Below are positions 12,443 to 24,500 of a stretch of 64,000 bases of DNA, one piece after another. The notes beneath the pieces are model-generated. The model did not search any database and had not been told where the DNA came from. It saw only the letters and a program-made list of their open reading frames with translations. Every line of letters starts with the position of its first letter. Within the stretch, counting starts at the first letter, position 1. The position numbers were made by a program, and so were the translations under genes. The DNA is from Eledone cirrhosa (taxonomy: Eukaryota): NCBI GenBank assembly GCA_964016885.1, contig OZ024743.1, positions 315,580,001 through 315,644,000 of the forward strand, in the 5' to 3' direction.

Positions 12443-13125
12443 GGCTAAAAAATTATTGTCATTTTGCCAAAAAAACACAGTAGTGTTGATCATATATTTT
12501 TTAATTTTTAATTTCTAAATTGTAATGTAATGCTCAGAAGTATTTTTCTTAGAGCTTAATATTTGTAAATGACTACTAAACTGAAATTATCTGCTCCTAC
12601 GGTCGAGCTGAATTCATAATCACATATTCACGGCTGTTATTTCTAGCGCCATGGATATGAGCCAGAATGCTGAGAAGGTCGTGTGCAAAAGCACATGTAT
12701 TAGGCTTGCGACAGATCAGTCTTAAGATACTATCTTAGGAGAAGTGATTTTAATTTCTGGGTGCCTACCGTTGATCACAGAAAATTGATTACTCCACTAA
12801 TAATTATTTTATAAATAGTTGTTCCGTAATTAATTAATTATTTCATTAGTATAACATCCCTTGTGAAACAGGTTTATGTTTTGAAGTTCTGCCCGATCTG
12901 CTGAAAAGGTTTGAATTTTGAAATTTAAACTTGTCTAGGCACCAGGCAGTCGCCATTTTACGTCTGTAAGTATAGATTTAATATTTAAAATTCTCTAGAT
13001 CGATACAGACGGACTATATGTACTTGAATTAAGGTATTTCTATCTGGCTAAAAAATTATTGTCATTTTGCAAAAAAAACACAGTAGTGTTGATCATATAT
13101 TTTTTAATTTTTAATTTCTAAATTG

Positions 13126-13129
<4 letters not shown>
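12441..13129. repeat. 603-bp-period unit with 86-bp terminal direct repeats inside (TA)n
   Basis: 12441-12526 repeated nearly identically at 13044-13129; pure (TA)n on both sides. Confidence 0.8.
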
Positions 13130-13175
<46 letters not shown>

Positions 13176-13259
13176 AAATAGTAAAAAGGAAAAGAAATTC
13201 AGTAGAAAATGCTGGAGAGATTTTTTCACTATAATATCAAAACATTTATTTATAAAGTG

Positions 13260-14800
13260 GGTATTTCCGCATTTAATAGGGGTACCTGTTTCAGCGTTAT
13301 ATCCTTTTTCAACTGCGGATATGCATAATGCAGTTCAGTTGCATATTTATACGAATAATAAAAAGGGGAAGAAAAATTATTAGTTTTTGCATACATATTT
13401 AGAGAGGAGAGTTCATATCTCTGTCCGTGGCTGTCCTTCGTTCTCAGAGAACTCTAGTGTTGCATTGAATCTGGTATATCGCATGTGTCCGCTGGCACAT
13501 ACCTGTATCACGGATAGAGTAGTTATTCAGCGAGCATTAATTTTTGTTGTCTCTGGATTGATTTCTTCGACAGGTATCTACGCAGTGAAGAGCCGGTGTG
13601 TGCTAATTGTATGTCCAGTTCTTCTTTGTGTATAGCTCTGTGGATAGCTCTGCGGATAGCTGTGGTTATGCTTTCGCTGAAATATGGTAGAAGCAGGTGT
13701 TAGAGGAGCTCTTATACCTGCGGCGTCTTCGATTCTTAAGTCGATTCAATGTGGATGCTGGGCATGCGTTCGTCTTCAGTACATCTATAAAGTGTGCAGT
13801 ATGGGTGATATGGTGGTCTGTCTTGTTACATTTATTCCGGATACGCGTAAGTTCATTTCTTATGTATCCGGTTTTAGCACCAAGGGGATGGGCTGATCTA
13901 TAATGCACAAACAGGTCTCTGCTGGCAGCTTTCCTATAGCAGTTTGTGTATATAGTACCTTCTTTTGTTACTTTAAGTTGGAAGTCCAGCAGAGTCAAGG
14001 AACCATTTTTATCTGGGTGTTCTGTGGTAAATAGTATGTTGTATCTGTGTTTTAAAATGCCGTAGATGTTATGTCTGCCTGTTCACGGAATGATGGGAGG
14101 ATGAGTATATCATCTATATATCGGAGGAAGAAAATACTGGAGCCACAGGTGTTGTGTTCTCGACGTTCCAGTTGGTTCATATAGGTGATTGCTAGAAAGC
14201 CTGAAAGACTCGGCTCCATGGGTGGGCCTGTTGTTTATTTGTATGTGTGGTGGTGGAAAGTGAAATATGTATTTTTTACGATGACGGATAGAAGCTGATG
14301 TATCTCTTGTGGAGTGAGTTCGAAGCAGTATATGCTGTATGAAATGATGCAGTCGATCACTAGGTTGACCGCTGGATGAGCGAGTACTGTCGTGTAGAGC
14401 CAGACAATGTCGAGCCTAAAGGCATATCTGTTGAGTCTAAGTTGGTTAGGTTCTAATTGATGTAATCTTTGTATGTCTTCGTCGGAGCTGCTGACATGTC
14501 CAGGAAAAGTAGCAAGCATAGGCTTGAGGGTCTGGGAGAGGAACCAGGAGATTTTATAGAGGGGACCTTCTATACTCGAGACAATTGGTCTAATCTGTAG
14601 ATTAACACTGGTTTTGTGGGTTTTAATGAGGTGGTAGAACGTTGGTAATCAGCTGTTTCTGGTGTGAGGTTGTTTTTATATTTGTTTGGGAGTTGTCTAC
14701 GTCTGCAGATATCCGAGTATGTGTTGGTTAATTGCCGACACTTCAGTATGCAGAGTAAAGCACTCGACGAGTGCACAGGTGGATCTGTTTACTCCGGAGT
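13260..14800 (-). mobile_element. Degenerate Penelope-like retroelement
   Basis: IVKNTYFTFHHHTYK, PPME/YMNQLE, RYIDDI, LLDFQL..YTNCYRKAASRDLFVHYRSAHP..IRNELTRI, and a Cys linker MCQRTHAIYQIQCN; many stops and frameshifts. Confidence 0.85.
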
Positions 14801-14808
14801 ATATTTAA

Positions 14809-14941
14809 AAACAAGAAGTGTAAGTCAACAGATTAAAATTAACTTCGTTTATTCATAGTCGCTCTTATATATATTTCGGTAATAACATTGACTATGAATA
14901 AACGAAGTTAATTTTAATCTGTTGACTTACACTTCTTGTTT
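14809..14941. repeat. Perfect 52-bp inverted repeat (29-bp spacer)
   Basis: 14809-14860 is the exact reverse complement of 14890-14941. Confidence 0.9.
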
Positions 14942-15157
14942 ATATATATATATATATATATATATAAACGGCAGGAGCTCAACCATAGTGGCAGACACTC
15001 ATTATAAAACCTACACTCCACTTTCTTAAGTATCGAGTACTAAGCTGAACAATGGACATACTAGTCTAAACTGGTATCTCCCTATGTCTCTCTTCCTCCC
15101 CCTCTCTCTCTTTTCTCTGTCTCACTCGCTCTGTCTCTCCTTCTCTGTCTCTCTCAT

Positions 15158-15204
<47 letters not shown>

Positions 15205-15751
15205 TTACATGCACTCACATATACTCACACACACACACACATATACGCACGCACACATACACGTGCACACACATACATACACACATATACTCATACATAC
15301 GCACACATCATTTAACCATCCAATGTACAGACAGGAATAAATCCTGTTAAAAAATCTTTATCTGAGTTATTCTCACACTGTGTTCCTATATTTAAATAGC
15401 AAACACTAATGACATTTTATCTCGATTTCATCATGTCTGCAGAATTGTGATGAAACCACTTTCATTTGTTCTCAGTGGTAGTTATCACTTTTTTCCTTGC
15501 TTACATCTTCATTTTATTTCTTTGTATGTTTATTTTTGGTTATCTTCATTGTTCTTTCTCTTCTATTTGCGTATGAGACTGCTGTTATCTTAAGCTGTTG
15601 TCGTTCGTCTGATCAGGATCAGTGATCAGTGGTCAGTTTCCAGGGCCCACTGCGAAGAGGTCGATAACTTGAGCTCCTCATGATTGTTGATATCTATTGT
15701 ATTCTGTTGAGTCTCAAATCCATCTTTGACAGTGAATGCATGACTTATTGC

Positions 15752-15840
15752 TAGATAGACAGACATATAGATAAATAATTAGATGGATAGACAGACATAT
15801 AGATAGATAGATAAATAGATAGATAGATAGATAGATAGAT
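15752..15840. repeat. (GATA)n tract, 3' flank of Tx1-like element A
   Basis: Imperfect GATA/GACA repeats directly abutting the element's 3' end. Confidence 0.9.
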
Positions 15841-16072
15841 AAATTTCTATTTATTTGCCACGAGGGCACAAAAGAAGGGGACATTTACACAGTGGGGGAG
15901 TTTACATAAATCGAGTAAAGAAAAAGGAATAACAATAATAATATAACAATAAAAAGTCCTCAAAAGGGAGGGGGCGTGTTGGGGATTGCACATACCCCCG
16001 AAAAGTGTGCAACTCTTTTCGCGGGGGAAGCCCAGAGAGGAGGCGCTCCCCCTTTCCTCTTCACTTCTTCAC

Positions 16073-19000
16073 CTACAGAACAATGTAGAGAGAAGGCCCA
16101 TTTACACGGGCCATTCTCGCTTCTTTCACCCACCTTTCATAAAACTGTCTGGGACCAAGCACTTCTCTCTCCATCCTGATTCTTCTTCCGAAGTGGTATC
16201 GGAAGAAGTAAACCAGGTGATGGCCGGAGAGAAAGTCACCCGACCTCAGACCTTTCAGGCGCGTCCACCACACAACCTCTTTCATCATGGCTATTACGCA
16301 CAGAAAGACCGCCTCTGCTTCATTTCTGAAGGGAGGAGGCGGCTTGATGTTCACCACAGACTCGGCGGTTAATCGAATCGGCGCCACACGCGACAGCAGT
16401 CGTTCGACGTAGCCCCACAGATCGGCAACGCCCGGGCAGTGTACCAGTGCATGCGCAACGGTTTCCTCGTCGCGCACGCATCTGGGACAGATCTTTTTCG
16501 CGGGATCCCTGCCCGGGCGCCCGTGTCTGTAGAGCTTTTCTCGAACGGGCAGAGCCCCCCGGTAACACTGCCAGGCTAGGGACCTCTGGAAGTTGTCCAT
16601 GGGTCCCGGGCCGAAAGTTCTACCGAACAGGCTGGCCAGTTCGTCCTCCTCCATGCCTAGCGACTCTCCAAGGGTGTCGTCGCCCCTGCTAGCCACCAAC
16701 CCTCTATAGAATGTCGAGGTGGATTCTCCACTGACAGTCGGGTCCGCTTGCCAGATAGCCGTGAGCGCCTGGGCACACTCAGTGTGCCAGTTGCCCAGTT
16801 TTCTCGGTCTTTGCTTCACCCAGGATTGCAGTTCGGTGAGCGAGACGAGCTGTGGGAAGGCTCGCCTCACAAACGGGGCCCACACCGGCTGACCGTTGAG
16901 GAATACCTGTAGATGCCGTAGCCTCAATGCGTGCCTACGCATCAACAGCCACGGCATACCCAGCCCTCCTTTCGAAGGGTGCTGGCAGCAGATGGATCTC
17001 CTCACCATGGGAGGCCGCTTCTTCCAGAGGAACTGGAAGAGCATGCGTTCTATGATGGTGAGCTTTTCCTTGGGGCAAGGCACGACGGTCAGGCGGTAGT
17101 AGATGACGGACGCTATGTAAGCGTTCGTCACCTCCGCCCGACCTTTCAGTGATAGTTTGCACTTGGCCCACTTCTGGGTCAGCGCAAACACCCTGCTCGT
17201 CACCTCGCCCCAATTCTTCTCCACCTGGAGGTCCGGTCCGAACCAGACCCCGAGCAGCTTCACCGGGCCCTCCGTCCACCGCCCGACGACACCGTCTAAC
17301 GGCATCGGTTTGCCCCTCCACGTTCCGAGTTGCAAACCGACTGACTTGTCCTGGTTCAGCTTAGCCCCCGTCAGCCTTTCGTATTCCTCCAGTAGGGTGG
17401 CGATCGCCCCGATTTCCGAGGCGTCCGCCACCATTACTGTTACGTCGTCGGCATAGGCCGAGACCGCTTTGTGCAATCCCGGTTCCAGGGGTATGCCCCG
17501 CAGCAACTCCAACTTCCGCAGCAGTGGCTCGAGAGTCAATACGTACAGAAGGGAGGAGAGGGGGCACCCCTGTCTGATGGATCGGGTGATTTGAAACGGC
17601 TCCGAGAGGTAGCCGTTTACTTTAATCCTAGAGTAGATGTTGCCACTGTGCATGGCAGAAATCCAGCCCCTGAAAACGGGTCCGAAGCCCGCCGCCGCTA
17701 GCACCGCATCCAGGTAACCATGGTCGACCCTATCGAACGCCTTAGATTGATCCAAGTTGATCAGGGCCCCACCAAAGCCGGGTTCGTAGCCAACCCTCTC
17801 TATGATGTATCGCATGAGGTGGAGGTTGTCGTGAATGGACCTGGACGGGATAGCGCATGTCTGCGCGTCTCCCACCAAACCACCCACCACAAGCGCCAAC
17901 CTCTTCGCCAACACCTTGGCCAAAATCTGTAACTCTGCATTCAGCAGAGTTATGGGCCTAAAGTTACTTAAGTCGTCCCCCTTGCTCTCGTCCTTCCTCA
18001 CTAGCGTGACCACGCCCTTGGTCACAGAACAGGGAATTCTCCCGTTCTGTTGCCAGTTGCAATAGACAGCCTCGAGGAGTTCGGAGAACAAGACCGGCAT
18101 AGCTAAATAAAGTTCGTATGGTAGACCATCGAGACCCGGGGATTTGCGTCTGCTGCATTGGCTGAGCGCTTCCCCGATTTCAGTGGCTGTGATTGGCCCT
18201 TCGCAGCACTCCGCTTCGCCGCTCGAAAGACGCGGTAGACCGTCGAGGTATGGACCGAAGTCCACATCCCCGTCCGGCCCCCCGCCACCTCCGAACAGTC
18301 GAGCAAAGTGCCTTTGAAAGGTCTCGCACATTCGCTCAGGTTCAAGGATCACCCGTCCATCCTGGTCTCGCAAAGACCGAATGGTGGATTTAATCCCACT
18401 CTTGGCTTCTGTCACGCGGGCCCAGCTAACAGCTTTGGTCCCCTCGTTTCCTAAAGCACGTATTTTACTTCGGACAACGCAGCCTTCGTGCTTCGCGTCA
18501 AAGAACTGGCTCAATGCCGTTCTCGTCGCTAACACTCTGGCTACGTCTCCGCTCCTAATCGCCTCTTCTAGTTTATCTGTTAACTCCCTTTCCCTCCTAT
18601 TTCTATTCGCCGCTAGTTCCTTACTGTAACCTATCGAACTTACTCTAATCTCTCTCTTTAGAGATATCCACCACCTACTGTTGACGATCGCTCCCGTCAA
18701 CCGCATCTTAACTAAGCTACTAATCCGGTTTCTGTAATCTTTCTTTGTCGGTAAGGACAAGTTCATCTTCCAGTAACCGGGACCCTGTCTATGCGTTCTA
18801 TCAAGGTTGACCACGCAGGTCACTAATTTGTGATCTGAATAGCCAACCATGATCAGTTCTGGACAACTAAATACGTCCCTATCCTTACTCCTAACCAAAA
18901 ACCTATCTAGGTACGATCTAGATTGTCCACTGCGGTTTGCCCAGGTCCAGGTTGGCGCAGTTGGACAATCTAGTCGAAATCTATCGACCAGGTCGAATCG

Positions 19001-19502
19001 ATCGAGTAACCCCTTGAGGCTGCTACACCCCCCTCTATCGGGACATGCCCCTGCATAGTCCCAACGCGCATCTAGGATTCCATTCCAGTCCCCCACTAAA
19101 AGCAGGGAACGCGACGTTCCTAGAAAAGTCTCCAGACGTTGGAAGAAGTCGGCTCTCTCCGCCCCGAAGGGAGCATAAAGACCGACCAGTCTGAAAGCCC
19201 CGCCTTCACCACCTCCGACGTCCAGCACCAGTAATCGACCCCCCGGGTCCGAGTGAACAATCTGTACGTCGAGAGTCAGACGTTTATCCAGCAGTACGGC
19301 AACTCCCCCCCCCGCCTCCGGGTTGACAGAGAGATGCGTGCATCTCAAAGTCATCGAAGGCGGGCGCCAGCTGTCTCACGCTGCTGATCCGACTCTCGCA
19401 AACAACCATCACATCTATACTTTGTGACCTGAGGTCACTTAGAAGCTTTGCTTGCTTCCAAGCTGAGCTCAGGCCACGCGCGTTCAAACAGCCAACTCTC
19501 AA
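16073..19502 (-). CDS. ORF2: APE endonuclease + reverse transcriptase + C-terminal Cys/His motif; one +1 frameshift in a G9 run (19305-19313)
   Basis: CLNARGL, LYAP, GDWN, YLDRF, SDH, PGYWKMN, SPGLDG, FRPITLLN, DQSKAFDRVDH, RQGCPLS, YADD, GGLG, CPRC..ETVAHALVHC. Confidence 0.93.
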
Positions 19503-19507
19503 TTGAT

Positions 19508-21343
19508 CTATTTTGGTGTTGAAAGTGAAGAAAGAAAAGCACTTACCTCTCCGGGTTGCGTAATTTCCATGGCATCAGGTGTGTTGGGTGGAGGGATGTT
19601 TTGTGGTGGTGTGGGGGTACACGTGTGTGGTGGGGTTGGGGTATTTGGAGTTGTGTCAGGGAGAGGGGCGGTTATGGGGAAATCTTTCAAGAGGACGCGA
19701 TTCAACGGTTTTAAACAGGGGGGGCTCACGTCCCGTCTAAATTGTTCTTTTAAGGAACGATAAAGGTCCAGAGGGACCTTTATCATTTTTAAATGGGTGA
19801 AGTTCTCTGTTGAGATAAAGTTTGGCCCTTCGGTCTGCACCATAGGGTTATTGTTTATTAATTTAACCAGTTTTTTGTTTTCTTTATTTATATATGTGTA
19901 TTGCAACGTCTTTTTTTGTGATGCTGTCAATGTTTCGGAGAGGGGAGGCGCAGATTTATTTTTGTTTGTTGAGGGTGGGGTGTTTTTGATTGGAGTTGGT
20001 GTTTGTGTGTGGGTTATTTGTGGTGTGCTGGGTGTGTGTTTTCTTTTTTTTCTTTTAACTTGTCTGAAGGCTTCTCCTCCTTCTTCTTCAGAAGTTGGGG
20101 GAAACTCTTCAGCGCTAGGTGGGAGGGACGTGTTGTGTGGTTGTTTTTTTTTTGCGGGAGGGGTAGATTTGTTACTGTTTTTTTTATTATTTGTTTGGAA
20201 TGGGTTTTGTGGTGGTGGTGGTGGTAATGTTTGTGTCGTGCTTGTGGTTGGTAATGGTGGTGGTGATGTTTGTGTTGTGGTTGGTGGTGGTGATTTTTGT
20301 GTCGTGCTTGTGTTTGGTGCTGGTGGTGGTGATGTTTGTGTTGTGTTTGTGGTTGGTGGTGTCTGTATTTTGTTTGCTGTGTGTGGTATTAGTGTATTTT
20401 TGGAGGTGGGTGGTGCTGGTGTACTGTTTGTGGTGGGTGTGGGCAATAGTCCTTTTTGGGGGATACGTTTCGGGCAGTTAGCCTTAACGTGTCCCCTTTC
20501 CATGCATAAATAGCATGCTGGTCTTCTCCCCTCTACAATTATGTCTATTGGGGTAAGGTCATCCAGCCAGATGCGATCCGGGATTTGTGCTATTCTTTCG
20601 GGCCTCATTTGGACTAGTATGTCGAGGCCCATTCCCAGGAACGCATCTCCAGTTGCCTTCCCCATTGACAGCATAGTGTCTTCGCCCATATCAATGAAGC
20701 CAGCAATAGCCCACCAGAAGTCCATTGTGGGCAGCATTGTTTTTACTTTTACCCTCTGTGTTCTTCTACCCATGTAGGAGGGGTAGAAGCTATATGTTGT
20801 CGACGAGAGTGGGCTTAGGGAAAGCTGAACCGCCGTTTCTTTGTCTCTTGTTAGGACCGAAATGCTGCCATAGAGTCGGTCCTTTCGTATGAAGAGAATA
20901 TTCTTCATATAGTCTTTTAGGACTAACTCTATTTCCATTTGGCTGGGCTGTGCTGGCTTTCTTGACTGGTTTAGTATAGTTCTGTATATAACTGTGTTTT
21001 CTGCTCTGGCTTTCTTGAATTCTGGGGGGGAGTTAATGGAAAACATTCCGTTTTCCCCCAAAACAATATGTTTCTTTGCTTCGGCCAGTTTTTCTCTGGC
21101 GGCAGTTAGGTCAATTGGTGTGTATGTAATGGATTGCTTTGTTTTCTGGGCGAAAGTTGCCCTGTCGTTATTTGTATTATTTTCTGTTTGTTTGTTTTCT
21201 GTTTGCTCATTTTCCTTAACATTTGTTTTTTCATTTTGTTTGTTTGTTTCAATGTCTAATTTTGTTGTAATTATTTTTTGTTCTTCAGACTTGGGGGGCG
21301 TGGCAGAGCTAATGGCAGACATGTCTGCCATCTTTTCCGCCAT
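19508..21343 (-). CDS. ORF1: gag-like nucleic-acid-binding protein with zinc knuckle and Pro/Thr-rich region
   Basis: Open ~611 aa from ATG 21343; EGRRPACYLCMERGHVKANC (CX2CX4HX4C); homologous to the ORF1 remnant of copy B. Confidence 0.88.
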   Translation of the reverse strand: MAEKMADMSAISSATPPKSEEQKIITTKLDIETNKQNEKTNVKENEQTENKQTENNTNNDRATFAQKTKQSITYTPIDLTAAREKLAEAKKHIVLGENGMFSINSPPEFKKARAENTVIYRTILNQSRKPAQPSQMEIELVLKDYMKNILFIRKDRLYGSISVLTRDKETAVQLSLSPLSSTTYSFYPSYMGRRTQRVKVKTMLPTMDFWWAIAGFIDMGEDTMLSMGKATGDAFLGMGLDILVQMRPERIAQIPDRIWLDDLTPIDIIVEGRRPACYLCMERGHVKANCPKRIPQKGLLPTPTTNSTPAPPTSKNTLIPHTANKIQTPPTTNTTQTSPPPAPNTSTTQKSPPPTTTQTSPPPLPTTSTTQTLPPPPPQNPFQTNNKKNSNKSTPPAKKKQPHNTSLPPSAEEFPPTSEEEGGEAFRQVKRKKRKHTPSTPQITHTQTPTPIKNTPPSTNKNKSAPPLSETLTASQKKTLQYTYINKENKKLVKLINNNPMVQTEGPNFISTENFTHLKMIKVPLDLYRSLKEQFRRDVSPPCLKPLNRVLLKDFPITAPLPDTTPNTPTPPHTCTPTPPQNIPPPNTPDAMEITQPGEVSAFLSSLSTPK

Positions 21344-21570
21344 GCTGCCAAGAAAGAAATTTTTCGGCAAAAATAGATATTTATTTTACCCCCTAAAAAG
21401 GGGGTAAATGCAAAAATGTTTCCCTAAATAACAGGGGTTAGTGTTCCAAATGTGTTGCACTAAAAAATTTATCCGGTACTTACAATAGTAAGGGTAAATC
21501 CCGATGGAATAGCGGAGCCGATGCGAAGCGTGTCTTACTCTATCAAGATAGATAGATAGATAGATAGATA

Positions 21571-24500
21571 AATTTATTTATTTATTTGCCACAAGGGCGC
21601 ACAAGAAAAGGGGACAATACAAAGACACATGCCGGAGATTTTACATACAGTTGTGTAAAAATATTATTAAAACAAACAAATTTAACAATCCAAATCCCCA
21701 GTAGGGGGGAGGCACCACAAATGGGTTGTTTAATACCCCATCGATAGAACAACCCTCAACTTCAGGAGCGTGTTGTGCAAGTGATCCTTTCTTCCTTTTG
21801 CACTGTTCTTCAACCTACATGTTTATATACAGAGAAGGCCCAATCACTCGACCCATTTTTGCTACATTCACCCACCTTTCAGTAAATTTACTGGGATGCA
21901 TTGCTTCTCTCGCCAATCTGACTCTCCTTCTAAAGTGGTACCTAAAGAATGGAATGAGTTGTTGTCTGGAGAGAAAGGCATCTGTCCTCAGTCCTCTCAA
22001 TCTCGTCCACCATATAACCTCTTTCACCATAGCAACAATACAGAGGAAAACCGCCTCTCTTTCGTTTTTGAAAAAAGTTGGCGGTTTGATCCTTACTATG
22101 GACTCGGCAGTCAACTGGATTTGTCTCATACGCGACAGCAGTTGTTCTGCGTAGTTCCACAAGTCAGTTACGCCCGGGCAGTGTACTATTGCGTGCAAGA
22201 GGGTTTCAATGTCCGGCTCGCATCTTGAACACGTCCTCTTGGAAGGATCCCTGTCGGGGCGTCCGTACCTGTAGATCTTGTCTCGAACTGGTAGAGCTCC
22301 TCGGTAGCACTGCCAGGCCAGGGACCTCTGGAATTTGTCCATAGGTCCCGGGCGGAAAGTCCTACACAAGCAGACTGGCAGCTCATCGTCTCCTACGCCC
22401 AGAGTCTCTCTGTGCGCGTCGTTGCCCTTGTAACGTACTAACCCTCTATAGAATGACGAAGTGGAGTCTCCACTGATTGCTGTGCCCGCTTGACAGAGGA
22501 ATGTGAGCGCCTGAGCACATACAATGTGCCAGGCGCCCATCTTCTTCGGTCTCCGCTTGACCCAGGACTGCAGCTCCGTCACCGAGACAAGTTGCGGGAA
22601 GGCCTGTCTCAATAACGGTGCCCACACCGGTTGGTCAGTGAGGAATACCTGGAGATGCCGTAGCCTCAGCGCATGTTGCGCATTATCAGCTTTCCGTTGA
22701 AAGGGTGCTGACAGCAGACGGATCTCGTCACCAGTGGAGCCTGCTTCTTCCAAAAGAACTGGAAGAGCACGCGTTCCATCTTGGTGAGGTGTTCACCGGG
22801 ACATGGCATGACGGTTAAGCGGTAGTAGATGACGGACGCTATGAAAGTGTTCGCCACCTCCGCTCGGCCTTTCAAGGATAGTTTGCACTCTGTCCACTTC
22901 TGGGTGAGCGCATATACCTTGGCCGTGACCTCGTTCCAGTTTTTCTCCACCTGGAGGTCCGGACCGAACCAGACCCCGAGCAATTTCACCGGTCCTTCCG
23001 TCCAGCGTCCGACGACGCTGTCAGACGGCAACGGTTTTCCTCTCCACGTTCCGAGTTGCCATCCGACAGACTTGTCCGGATTCAGCTTTGCTCCTGTGAG
23101 CCTTTCGTATTCCTGCAGTAAGTTGCCGATCGCCCCGATTTCCGAAGTTTTCGACACCATTACTGTCATGTCGTCGGCAGTCCCGTTTCAAAACAGGATG
23201 CCCGCAGTAGTGGCTCTCGAATCAGTAGGTACAGAATGGAGGAGACAGGGCATCCCAGTCGAATGGAACACGTGATTTCGAACGGCTCCAATAGGTAGCC
23301 GTTCACCTTGACCGTCGAGTAGATGTTGGTGTGCATTGCTTTGATCCAGCCTCTGAAGACGGGTCCGAAACCGGCTGCCTTGAGAACAGCTTCCAAGTAT
23401 CGATGGTCAACCCTATCGAACGCCTTAGACTGATCTAAATTGATCAGAGCCCGACCAAAACCTGGTTTAGACGCCATCCTCTTTATGATGTATCGCATGA
23501 GGTGGAGGTTGTCGTGTATGGATCTGATCGGGATTGCACACGTTTGCGGTTTCCCTATCAGGTTCTCGACGACAAGCGTTAAAGATTTTGGCCAAGAGTT
23601 GGGCCTAAAGTTGCTTAGTTCGTCCCCCTTGTTCTCGTCTTTCCTGATCAGCGTTACTACGCCCCTTCCTGGAAAACTGGAAACTCTTCCGTTCTGCTGC
23701 CAGAGAACAAGTCCGGCATGCGTATGTAAAACTCATCGGGTAGACCATCTAGACCGGGTGATATGCGTCCCGTATCTCAGTGGTTGTGATCGGTCTTTCG
23801 CAGAACTCGGCGTCCATGCTCGAGAGTTGCGGCAGGCCGTCGAGATATGAACCGAAGTCCATTGCCCCGTTCTGCTCGAACAGTTGTGCAAAGTGCCGCT
23901 GAAAGGTTGTGCACATACGCTTGGAGCCAAGTAGCACGCGTCCGTTTTGGTCTTTCAAAGACCGAATCGTGGACTTGTTGCCACTTTTCGCCTCTGCCAC
24001 TCGAGCCCAGCTAACATCTTTTGCTCCGTCGTTTCCGAGAGCACGTAATTTACTTCTGACCACGCAGCCTTCGTGTTTCGCATCGAAGAACTGGTCTAGT
24101 GCGGTTCTCGTTGCTAGCACTCTAGCTGCGTTGGCACTCCTAAGTGCTTCCTCTACTCTGGATACTAGTTATGTTTCTGTTTTGTTTTTCTCTAAGGCTA
24201 GTTCTTTGCTAAAAGCTATCGATTCTACTCTAACTGCTCTCTTGAAAGAGTACCATCTATTGTTGACGATGGCTCCCGTCAACTGTTGCTTAACTAATCT
24301 ACTTACCCGTTCACTGTAGGTTTTACGGGTCGCTAACGACATGTTCAGCTTCCAATATCCGGTTCCTTGTCTATGTGTTCTATCATGGTTGACTATGCAG
24401 GTGACTAGTTTGTGGTCTGAATAGGCAACCATGAACATTTGTGAACAGCTTAACATCTTCTTGTCTCTCTCTCTCTAATAAAGAACCTATCTAAATACGA

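Larger units (their letters stand above)
15841..21546 (-). mobile_element. Near-intact full-length Tx1-like (L1 group) non-LTR retrotransposon, copy A
   Basis: 5' UTR, ORF1 with a CCHC knuckle, ORF2 APE-RT-CCHC, and a 3' tail TGTCCCCTTCTTTTGTGCCCTCGTGGCAAATAAATAGAAA; (GATA)n on both sides. Confidence 0.95.

Noticed and set aside
13260-13325. Hammerhead at the 3' end of the 13.3-14.8-kb PLE
   Set aside because: Minus strand reads TTGAAAA...GAAACAGGTACC; the core is too degenerate to call.
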